A DNA stretch of 49,786 bases from Macrostomum lignano (lineage: Eukaryota): the NCBI GenBank assembly GCA_002269645.1, contig NIVC01003060.1:1-49786 (forward strand), in the 5' to 3' direction. This document shows positions 10,563 through 22,500 of the stretch, piece after piece (the stretch's first letter is position 1; each line of letters begins with the position of its first letter). The notes beneath the pieces were generated by a model. That model saw only the letters and a list, made by a program, of their open reading frames with translations. It was not told where the DNA came from and ran no database searches. A program made the position numbers and the translations under genes.

Positions 10563-13500
10563 ATGTTCGACGCCCCCCATTTCCCTTCGGCCAGCAGCGT
10601 CCGGCCGCTCTGGAGCTCCCGCTTCCCGCTGCCCGCGCCCTTCGGCTTCCCCGGCGGCAGCGGCGGCGGCGGCGGCGGCGGCTGGCTGGGTAGGGGGCTG
10701 CCGGCGGACCCGCTGCTGCAGGCCTACCAGCACATGGGCGGCCAGTTTCCGCTGCCGCCCAGCGTCACTCCGCAGTACCTGCAGCAGATCCGGGACGAGG
10801 AGAAGGCCACGAGGAAAAAGGACAACCCGGAGGTGGAGCTGGCGGAGCTACCGCTGTGGAGACAGTTCTACGAGCTGGGCACCGAGATGGTCATCACCAA
10901 GTCTGGCAGGTGAGGCCTGTGGGGATGTCGTGGATATTGTCAGGTTTGTGTGAAGTGGCTATTGAGGCTGGCCCTATAGGGGGAATTTATTGAGTCCGAG
11001 TCAGCATAAATTGAGCCATGAGTCTGATACGAGCGTATATAGCATAAGACCCTCTAGATCTGAGAGACTAAACTATAGACCCTCTAGATCTGAGAGACTA
11101 AACTATAGACCCTCTAGATCTGAGAGACTAAACTATAGACCCTCTAGATCTGAGAGACTAAACTATAGACCCTCTAGATCTGAGAGACTAAACTATAGAC
11201 CCTCTAGATCTGAGAGACTAAACTATAGACCCTCTAGATCTGAGAGACTAAACTATAGACCCTCTAGATCTGAGAGACTAAACTATAGACCCTCTAGATC
11301 TGAGAGACTAAACTATAGACCCTCTAGATCTGAGAGACTAAACTATAGACCCTCTAGATCTGAGAGACTAAACTATAGACCCTCTAGATCTGAGAGACTA
11401 AACTATAGACCCTCTAGATCTGAGAGACTAAACTATAGACCCTCTAGATCTGAGAGACTAAACTATAGACCCTCTAGATCTGAGAGACTAAACTATAGAC
11501 CCTCTAGATCTGAGAGACTAAACTATAGACCCTCTAGATCTGAGAGACTAAACTATAGACCCTCTAGATCTGAGAGACTAAACTATAGACCCTCTAGATC
11601 TGAGAGACTAAACTATAGACCCTCTAGATCTGAGAGACTAAACTATAGACCCTCTAGATCTGAGAGACTAAACTATAGACCCTCTAGATCTGAGAGACTA
11701 AACTATAGACCCTCTAGATCTGAGAGACTAAACTATAGACCCTCTAGATCTGAGAGACTAAACTATAGACCCTCTAGATCTGAGAGACTAAACTATAGAC
11801 CCTCTAGATCTGAGAGACTAAACTATAGACCCTCTAGATCTGAGAGACTAAACTATAGACCCTCTAGATCTGAGAGACTAAACTATAGACCCTCTAGATC
11901 TGAGAGACTAAACTATAGACCCTCTAGATCTGAGAGACTAAACTATAGACCCTCTAGATCTGAGAGACTAAACTATAGACCTCTAGATCTGAGAGACTAA
12001 ACTATAGATCCCTCTAGATCTGAGAGACTAAACTATAGACCTCTAGATCTGAGAGACTAAACTATAGACCCTCTAGATCTGAGAACTAAACTATAGACCC
12101 TCTAGATCTGAGAGACTAAACTATAGACCCTCTAGATCTGAGAGACTAAACTATAGACCCTCTAGATCTGAGAGACTAAACTATAGACCCTCTAGATCTG
12201 AGAGACTAAACTATAGACCCTCTAGATCTGAGAGACTAAACTATAGACCCTCTAGATCTGAGAGACTAAACTATAGACCCTCTAGATCTGAGAGACTAAA
12301 CTATAGACCCTCTAGATCTGAGAGACTAAACTATAGACCCTCTAGATCTGAGAGACTAAACTATAGATCTCTCTAGATCTGAGAGGCTAAACTATAGACC
12401 CTCTAGATCTGAGAGACTAAACTATAGACCCTCTAGATCTGAGAGACTAAACTATAGACCCTCTAGATCTGAGAGACTAAACTATAGACCCTCTAGATCT
12501 GAGAGACTAAACTATAGACCCTCTAGATCTGAGAGACTAAACTATAGACCCTCTAGATCTGAGAGACTAAACTATAGACCCTCTAGATCTGAGAGACTAA
12601 ACTATAGACCCTCTAGATCTGAGAGACTAAACTATAGACCCTCTAGATCTGAGAGACTAAACTATAGACCCTCTAGATCTGAGAAAATAAACTATAGACC
12701 CTCTAGATCTGAGAGACTAAACTATAGACCCTCTAGATCTGAGAGACTAAACTATAGACCCTCTAGATCTGAGAGACTAAACTATAGACCCTCTAGATCT
12801 GAGAGACTAAACTATAGACCCTCTAGATCTGAGAGACTAAACTATAGACTCTCTAGATCTGAGAGACTAAACTATCTCTCTCTAGATCCCTCTAGATCTG
12901 AGAGACTAAACTATATCTCTCTAGATCTCTCTAGATCTGAGAGACTAAACTATAGACCCTCTAGATCTGAGAAAATAAACTATAGACCCTATATAGATCT
13001 GAGAGAATAAACTATAGACCCTCTATAGATCTGAGAGACTAAACTATAGACCCTCTAGATCTGAGAGACTAAACTATAGACCCTCTAGATCTGAGAGGCT
13101 AAACTATAGACCCTCTATAGATCTGAGAGACTAAACTATAGACCCTCTAGATCTGAGAGACTAAACTATAGACCCTCTAGATCTGAGAGCCTAAACTATA
13201 GACCCTCTAGATCTGAGAGACTAAACTATAGACCCTCTAGATCTGAGAAAATAAACCCTCTAGATCTGAGAGACTAAACTATAGACCCTCTAGATCTGAG
13301 ACTAAACTATAGACCCTCTAGATCTGAGAACTAAACTATAGACCCTCTAGATCTGAGAGACTAAACTATAGACCCTCTAGATCTGAGAGACTAAACTATA
13401 GACCCTCTAGATCTGAGAGACTAAACTATAGACCCTCTAGATCTGAGAGACTAAACTATAGACCCTCTAGATCTGAGAGACTAAACTATAGACCCTCTAG

Positions 13501-16500
13501 ATCTGAGAGACTAAACTATAGACCCTCTAGATCTGAGAACTAAACTAAGACCCTCTAGATCTGAGAGACTAAACTATAGACCCTCTAGATCTGAGAGACT
13601 AAACTATAGACCCTCTAGATCTGAGAGACTAAACTATAGACCCTCTAGATCTGAGAAAACTAAACCCTCTAGATCTGAGACTAAACTCCCTCTAGATCTG
13701 AGAAAATAAACTTAGATCTCCTCTCTAGATCTGAGAAAATAAACTTAGGAGACCCTCTAGATCTGAGAGGATCTTAAACTGCAAGAGAGACTAAACTATA
13801 GACCCTCTAGATCTGAGAGACTAAACTATAGACCCTCTAGATCCTGAGTTGAGACTAAGCCAAAGTTTCTCTTCAAGTCTCAATCAATGGTTGCTAGGAG
13901 AATCAATGGTTGCTAGGAACATTCAATGGGCTCCCATCCAGTTCGTGTGGGGCGCTTCCGTCGGCTCGAATCCCCTCCATCGAGCGCAAAACAAAGAAGA
14001 TTTTCTGAAAATCAGAAAAAAACCATTAAGAGTCAGAAGCGGCTTCTAGCTCGATGTTTTACAGTTTCCAAAGCCGCTGGAGTCCTCTTCAGCGGCAGGA
14101 TTGCTCAGAATTGTCTCACAGACTTCTCAGGCCACTCACCTGGATACCCGGATTGTTCTGCCGCCTAAGTCTCAAGATCTATGGGGAAATAAATCCCGAA
14201 GATTGACTCAGCGCCCGGCAACTGCAGCCCCCCACCGGCCCGCCTGTCATTTTCCCCTTACGTCCGACTTTTTTCGCTCAAAAAATCCCACCCGGAGCAA
14301 TCGAGGAGCTCACCGGGCCGCAACAATGCGGGACTGGGAGGACGGGGACGCGGGCACAAGTGGGAGTTCGATCCCGCGGACGGCAGGCAGAAGGCAAACA
14401 CGGGCGCGGACAAAGAGGGGAGAAAATGGGAGCCGCCGCCGCCGCCGCAGCCGCCTCGGCCGCAGCCTCCGTCGGGGCAGCGCAACTTCATCCTCATTTC
14501 GATTTGGGTTTTTAAACCAACAGCCGGATTTGGAGTGTTTGCCATGCGAGATAAATGGGGAGCCGTGGCCATTCAGGCCCCACCCAGATCTAGTCTTATC
14601 TATGCTCGCAAATCTCCCCCCCCCACCGAGTAGAGGCCCATTGTGCAACCCAATGCAGCTCGCAGGGTTGCCTATTGAAGATTTTCTACACTGATAACTC
14701 ATTGAGTTGCGGTGCACCTTTGGCCTTCGCCCATTGCCTCATTTTTATCCCCTATCATATCTTGCTGCCAGCTTCTAGCATATTGTCACTGCATCTCTAG
14801 GCTCACCTGTGCCCATCTCATCTCCGACATCACATTGAATCTCACCTCTATGGATCTCACCTCTATGGATCTCACCTTTTTGGATCTAACCTCTATAAAT
14901 CTCACCTCTATGAATCTCACCTATATGAATTCTCACCTCTATGAACCTCACCTCTATGAATCTCACCTCTATGAATCTCACCTCTATGAATCTCACCTAT
15001 ATGAATTCTCACCTCTATGAACCTCACCTCTATGAATCTCACCTCTATGAATCTCACCTATGTGAACCTCACCTTTCTGAATCTCACATCCAGGAATCTC
15101 ACCTCTATGAATCTCACCTCTATGAAACTCACCTTTCTGAATCTCACATCCAGGAATCTCACCTCTATGAATCTCACCTCTATGAAACTCACCTTTCTGA
15201 ATCTCACATCCAGGAATCTCACCTCTATGAATCTCACCTCTATGAAACTCACCTTTCTGAATCTCACATCCAGGAATCTCACCTCTATGAATCTCACCTC
15301 TATGAAACTCACCTTTCTGAATCTCACATCCAGGAATCTCACCTCTATGAATCTCACCTCTTTGAAAAGCTCACCTCTGAAAATCTCACATTTATGAATC
15401 TCACATCTAGGAATCTCACCTCTATGAATCTCAACTCTCTGAAAATCTCACATTTATGAATCTCAAATCTAGGAATCTCACCTCTATGAATCTCACCTTT
15501 CTGAATCTCACCTCTATGAATCTCACCTATGTGAACCTCACCTTTCTGAATCTCACCTCTATGAATCTCACCTATGTGAACCTCACCTTTCTGAATCTCA
15601 CCTCTATAATCTCACCTATGTGAACTTCATCTTTCTGAATCTCACCTCTATGAATCTCACCTATGTGAATCTCACCTCTATGAATCTCACCTCCATGAAT
15701 CTCACCTATGTGAACCTCACCTTTCTGAATCTCACCTCTATGAATCTCACCTATGTGAACCTCACCTTTCTGAATCTCACCTCTATGAATCTCACCTATG
15801 TGAACCTCACCTTTCTGAATCTCACCTTTTTGATGCCATGCGGGTAGGCAGTTAAAAGTGACGATCAGCAGGCCTGCACTGGTCAGTTCGCCAAACCCCA
15901 GTTGCACATATTCGAGACAAGAATCGCCACCACCCCGCCAGGAGAATGTTCCCCGCCTTCAAGCTGCGGGTGAGCGGCCTGGACCCCAAGTCCAAGTACA
16001 TCCTGCTCATGGACGTGGTCCCCTGCGACGAGAACCGCTACAAATTCCACTCGGGCAAGTGGACAGTGGCCGGCAAGGCAGATCCGGAGCCGGCCAAGCG
16101 AATGTACATCCACCCGGACAGTCCGGCCGCGGGCGAACAGTGGATGAGCAAAGTCATCTCCTTCCACAAGCTGAAGCTGACCAACAACATTGCGGACAAG
16201 CACGGCTACGTGAGTGGCGAGGGATCACTCAGGGATCGGGGTATCAACTCAGGGGATCAGGGGATCAACTCAGGGATCGGGATATCAACTCAGGGGATCA
16301 GGGGATCAACTCAGGGATCGGGGGATCAATCAGGGATCAGGGGATCAAATCAGGGATTAGGGGATCAAATCAGGAATCAGGGGATTATACCAGAGCTCAG
16401 GGGATCAAATCAGGGATCGAGGGATCAAATCTGGATCAGGGGATCAAATCAGGGATCAGGGGATCAAATCAGGAATCAGGGGATTATACCAGAGCTCAGG

Positions 16501-19500
16501 GGATCAAATCAGGGATCAGGGGATCAAATCAGGAATCAGGGGATCAAATCAGGGATCAGGGATCGAATCAGGAATCAGGGATTATACTAGAGCTCAGGGG
16601 ATCAAATCAGGGATCAGGGATCGAATCAGGAATCAGGGGATTATACTAGAGCTCAGGGAATCGAACAGAAGACTGATTCAAAGATCATCCGTCGAGATTA
16701 GCGAGATTTTCAAGCGTCCCCACCCGCTTTCAGACGGTGCTCAACAGCATGCACAAGTACCGGACCCGGTTCCACCTGGTGCGAGCTGACGACCTGGCCA
16801 AGCTGCCCTGGTGCCAGGTGGAGACGCACCAGTTCAAGGAGACCGAGTTCATCGCCGTCACCGCCTACCAGAATGAAAAGGTGAGTTGCGCGTGTTGTCC
16901 GGATCCCAGATCCCAGATCCCAGATCTCAGATCCCAAAATCCCAAAGCCCAGGTCCCTCAGAGGAAGGGTTTCATAGTTGCCTGAGCAACTAACAAAGTG
17001 TTATTCTTCAAGCAAGCCTTGTTAACTTTAGTATTTGGCCTTGCAAATATCGCCATTATGGGAGAAAAAGCGCGGGGCGCTCAGGCCAGCGAGCGAACTT
17101 CGTGACACTTGCAATATCTCTCAAAACTCCCCCCAGCCACTCTGCATCAAATTTTAATGAGGCACTGAGCTGCGAACTCGAAGGCAGAGCCAAGGAGAGC
17201 CAGAAACAGAACCTGGAGTCACAGCTCTTCCCCAATCCCGATAACTGACTACAGACTTCAGTAACTCATTACTCGTATACTGACAAGTCATCTATATGTC
17301 TATAAGGGATCTATCAGTGTATGAACGGCAAGACAATGTGCAATCAATGTGGGTTTGAGGAAGAGCTGTGACTGCAGGCTGCAGTCCTGGCTCTCCATGG
17401 CGAAGCTGTCGCCCCCTCGTTAGCGCCAGGGAGGGCCCGGCAGAACCGGATGCTTTTTTCAACATATTTTTTACCTTAGTTTCGAAGAGGATGTTGCCTC
17501 ATCACTTCGAGCTAAACAGGTGTCTGCGCTGGGATGGCCGGGCCAGGGGATGCTGAGCTCCCTCCGTGTCACATCCGCGCTTCCCCCGCCCCGCTTTTTG
17601 GCAGATCACACAGCTGAAGATCGACAACAACCCGTTCGCCAAGGGCTTCCGGGACACCGGCTCGGGCCGCAGGGACAACAAGAAGTGAGGGGGATCAAAT
17701 CTGGGATCAGGGGATCAAATCAGGATCAGGGCAGAATCAGGCAGGGGATCAGAGCAGGGGGGGAAATCAGGATCAGGGGATCAAATCAGGGTCAGGGATC
17801 ATCGAATCAGGAATCAGGGATTATACTAGAGCTCAGGGGATCAAATCAGGGATCAGGGATCGAATCAGGAATCAGGGGATTATACTAGAGCTCAGGGAAT
17901 CGAACAGAAGACTGATTCAAAGATCATCCGTCGAGATTAGCGAGATTTTCAAGCGTCCCCACCCGCTTTCAGACGGTGCTCAACAGCATGCACAAGTACC
18001 GGACCCGGTTCCACCTGGTGCGAGCTGACGACCTGGCCAAGCTGCCCTGGTGCCAGGTGGAGACGCACCAGTTCAAGGAGACCGAGTTCATCGCCGTCAC
18101 CGCCTACCAGAATGAAAAGGTGAGTTGCGCGTGTTGTCCGGATCCCAGATCCCAGATCCCAGATCTCAGATCCCAAAATCCCAAAGCCCAGGTCCCTCAG
18201 AGGAAGGGTTTCATAGTTGCCTGAGCAACTAACAAAGTGTTATTCTTGCAAGCCTGTTAACTTTAGTATTTGCCTTGCAAATATCGCCATTATGGGAGAA
18301 AAAGCGCGGGGCGCTCAGGCCAGCGAGCGAACTTCGTGACACTTGGCAATATCTCTCAAAAGGCTCTGCCCCCCAGCCCCAGCCAGCACCTGAGCTGCTC
18401 GAAGGCAGAGCCAAGGAGAGCCAGAAACAGAACCTGGAGTCACAGCTCTTCCAATCCCGGGCTATCAGTGTCAGTAACTCATTACTCGTAAGACTGACAA
18501 GTCAATTATTGTCTAATAGGGATCTATCAGTGTATGAAGCTGGCCCCCTCGGCGTGAGTGGGTTTGAGATGCTTTTTTCAGGCTGGCAGCCTCCTTGGCT
18601 TCCTCGAGCCCAGGTGAGCTGGCCCGGCAGAACCGGGATTGAGCTCCTCCTCACATTGCCTCCCCCGCCCGTCTGCGCTGGGATGGCCGGGCCAGGGGAT
18701 GCTGAGCTCCCTCCGTGTCACATCCGCGCTTCCCCTTCGCCCCGGCTCGGGCACGCTGGATCGACAACCCCGTTCGCAAGGGCTTCCGGGACACCGGCTC
18801 GCCGCAGTTGCAGTGCTGGCTGCAGGGAGCGGAGCAGAAGTGGCGGAGAGGCGGAGAGAGCGAGAGACGGAGGGGGGGGGCAGGGGGCTTCGCGTGTGCA
18901 TGGCATTGTAAATTTTTTGATTGACACTTGGGGGCGACTGCCCTAATTTGGCGCCTCCCGGTTACCAACAGATCGGGGCGGAGGAGCCGAGACGGAGTGG
19001 AGACAGAGGGAAAAGTGGAGTTGGGGAGGGGCAGGGCGGCCGCCCTCGGGGCCCCGCAGTCAATGCGGGCGGATCGCGTGAGCGTCTCGCCAGGAGCTCC
19101 GGGGCGACGCCGGGCCGCGGCGCTGGAGGAGGAGGCGGCGATTTCGCACGTTGCCGCGGCCGGACGGGCAGGCGAGGCGGGCAGGCGCCACCGCAGTTGC
19201 AAACATTTTCCACGGGCTGAGCACAATGGGCGGCCGGTAATTGAGCTGGCGTGCGGCCTGCCGCCAGCGGGACAACAATAGCCCGGCTGCGTGCGGATTA
19301 TAGGGCTTTGGGGCTGAGTTGATGAGGCGAGGAGGCTGGGGGCTTGGCGTGTTTGTACAGCCCGGGCTCGAATCCCGCAGGAGCCGGCAGCAGCAGAGCG
19401 GACAGTCGGGCGGCCAGAGCGACAGCGAGGACTCGGACGACTCGAGCTCGCTACTGGCCGAGGCCAAGGAGGCTGGGCTGCGCGAGCGCCATCAGCTGGC

Positions 19501-22500
19501 CATGGCAGGTGAGTGTCGCATTGAGCAGTTTTCTTTTTCTGTTTTGTTTGCTTCAACGCACGAGAGGTCTGGGGAGAAATCCCTGCAGGCCTGTGGCGGG
19601 ATCTGGATCGCAATTAGCTCTCGGGCGGCGCTGTTGTAGCGAAAGAAGACGCAGCAGCAATTTTGAGCAATTGGGATTTGAGCTCACCTCTTGCCTGAAG
19701 CGGAGCCCCACCGGCCCGCCGGTGAAAAGCGGAGCAACTTTCAGTAGGCGGCATCGCCTTAATTGGGCCCAGAACGGTACAGCCTGCCTTGGCTTTGCCG
19801 TCCGCCTCAAGCCCAGGCCTGCCTTTGAGCTCCCTCGGCCCGCATCCGCACTCCACAGTCCGGGGCGTCATCATTAAAACTCTGCGGGTCACGGAGCTTC
19901 CCGGCCTCAAAACCCCGGCCCGGGGGTCCTTCAGCCACTTCGGGCCGGGCGGAGGCGCTGATGGAGATCGGCCCCACCCCATCGCCGCTTCCCACTTCGC
20001 TGCCCATCGGGCGTGGAGCCGCTTGGATCGGCGGAGCCGCCGCCTTCCGCTTTGACCCGCCCTCGCCGCCCCCCGGTCTGCAGTCAGCTTCTTCCTGACT
20101 CCAGCCTCAGTCCCGGCGCAGCGCAAAGGCCCGGAGACTGCGGGGCAGCTGCGTTGCGTGACTTCGAGCTTGGCGGCGGCGGCGGCGGCGGCTGCCGCCC
20201 GAGCGCGAGAGTCTCCGAGCAGCTCTTGCGGACTCTTCCAGGCGGAAATCTCCACCTTCGGGCCCGCGAAGCCTGGCAGGTCGATCAGTCGAGAGGGGAG
20301 TGGGTAGAGGGGATTGGGGAGAGGGGATTGGGGAGAGGGGAGTGGGTAATGGGGAGTGGGCACCGCCCGTGCAAAAACCCTCACCAGCTCCAGAATCAAG
20401 CGGAGACGACTTGAAGTGGCCCCTGGCCCCGCGGAGCCGCGAGAGCCGAGCTTGAAAATCTGTCGCTAAGGCCGCCGTCGCTGCCGTGTAAAACAACAAA
20501 GAAGATGCCCGGCTGGCCGAGACGCGCAAGATGTTACAGATGCAGATGGGAGGGGCACAGGGCGACAGCGGTTGGTGCTGAAGCCATCAAGGCTTGAAAA
20601 GACAGAGAGAGCTGGCCGGCCATGCGAGGTGGGGGGGGGCAGATCTGCAGGGCGGCGGGCTGCGGTTGGCACCTTCCAGGCGCCGCGGCAACAATGGCCC
20701 TCAGCAGGGTGGGGGCGGTGGCTGCCCCACCTGAGCTGCGTGGGATCTGCGGTGGCAACCCCAGTCTCACCCTCCGCTGCTGGCCGCTGCCGCCGCTGCC
20801 GCCGCTGCTGTCAGAGCTGGCGCCAAGCGGCCTGGGCTGGGGTGCGGGAGCGCCGGGGCCCGACTTGGGGGGGGGGGCAGAGAGAGGAGACACAGACAGC
20901 GAGACAGACAGCTGTGGGTGGCTCCTTCAGCTTGGGCCGCCCCCCCCTCGCACGGCTTCCGTCGGGCTTTTTTGAGCAGCAGCGCGGAGGGGGGTTGGGG
21001 CGGCCTGTGTTTGGCCTTTTCAAGTCGCTGCTGCCACTTTGTCCAGCGGGTTTAGTGGGGGGGGGGGCGAAAGAGGCGACGCACTGGCTGGGAGGCCAGA
21101 TACGGATCTCTGACCCCCGCCGCAATAAAGGCTCTCTGCTTGGCTTCAAAGCAATGCCTTGTCTGCCTGCTCTGCCCGCACTGAGGCAGCCGGGCTCAAG
21201 CTAGGGGGGGGGGCGAGTTGCAGCTATCAGAGGGGAAAGTTGGCGGCAGCAGCGGCGGCACTCTGTGCATTGTTCGCTCAATTAGAGCTCCAGAAAAAGA
21301 GAGCGCCATCGTCTTTGGCAGTCCGCAGCTTCCTGGACTGTCTGCCGCCTCCCCTCATCTTTCGCTCTCTCTTTCTCGCCTCATCAGCGAAGGAATTAAT
21401 TCCCAATAATTAGCCGGGAGCCGGGAGCCGACCCGGCCTGTCTGCTGCAACAATTGAAAGTTATTTTTGCTCAAGTGAAAAAATCAGTTTCAACAATGCC
21501 CGCTCATTTCTAAGGCCGCTTGATGAAAGTCGGCAGGCAGCTGAGAGTTGCAGTGGCGGCGGGTCACGGCTCGGTGGCGGCAGAGGCTGCTGCTGGTAGC
21601 GAGTGCAGGCAGGCACTGAATTCGCCTCTCCCGGCTGGTCCCGCGTCTTCTCCCGCCAGCCCCGCCTCCCGCAGTCAAGCCCGACTGAGCTCGGCAAATT
21701 TCCTGAAACCAATTCTTGAAAAAAGCGGAGCAGCAGCAAATCAGTTGAGCGGGGAGCGCCTGAGCCGCTCGGGCGGGCAAGCGGAACCGCTGCAGCCCGC
21801 CGGGAAGACGGCGCCGGGGCAGCTCGCGAGATGAAGGAGCGACTCCGACGGAGTGTCGGGGAGGCTGGGAGCCGCCTGGGTAGAGGCAGAAAAAAGCTGA
21901 CCCTCGAATCCGTCCCCGGCGGCTTCGGGAAGCTCCGCAAAAGTGATTCTTCGCTCCCCAGCCCCTCCCGCGCGGAGCTCCCGCCGCCTTTGTGCGGGAC
22001 CGCCGGCGGAACGGCCGCTAAAATAATCTGCTTTTTTCTCCGGCTTTCTCCCGGGCAAAAATTCCGCTAAATCTGGGCGGCAGCTTTTTTCTTCTTGAGC
22101 TGGAGAGTCGATGAATGGGAGAATAATTGTCTTCTGTGGAAGACAGAAAGTGAGACTGCAGGGATCGGTGAGCGCGGAGACATCCTGCTGGCAGGTTTCT
22201 CTTTCCACTCCCATTCAGGCATTCTTGTTTTTTTTCTAGGGAAGCCCGAAAGCACTGTGGAGTTAAAATTCGCTATATTCGTGTCCGGGTTTGTGAATGT
22301 CCGGGTTTGTGAATGTCCGGGTAAATGTGAATGTCCGGGTATTTAAATTTCCGGGTTTGTGAATGTTCGGGTTTTGTGAATGTCCGGGTTTGTGAATGTC
22401 CGGGTATGATGTCCAGGTTTATAAATGTCCGGGTTTGTGAATGTTCGGGTTTGTGAATGTCTGGGTTTGTGAATGTCCGGGTTTGTGAATGTTCGGGTTT

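Noticed and set aside
10980-11040. Short resemblance to a flatworm spliced-leader sequence (AATTTATTG / ATAAATTGAG)
   Set aside because: The match is too short and there is no downstream donor or Sm site.
10990-12000. 336-aa ORF ([10 protein letters not shown])n
   Set aside because: It is the stop-free frame of a 30-bp satellite inside Tbx intron 1, with no splice or domain support.
14712-15907. MNLTS/ESHLY repeat ORFs resembling pentapeptide-repeat proteins
   Set aside because: They come from a 15-bp DNA repeat open in all frames within an intron.
18651-21940. Many overlapping 100-320-aa ORFs on both strands in Tbx introns
   Set aside because: GC-rich stop-poor sequence with no domains. 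Only exon 19381-19508 fits the gene's phases.
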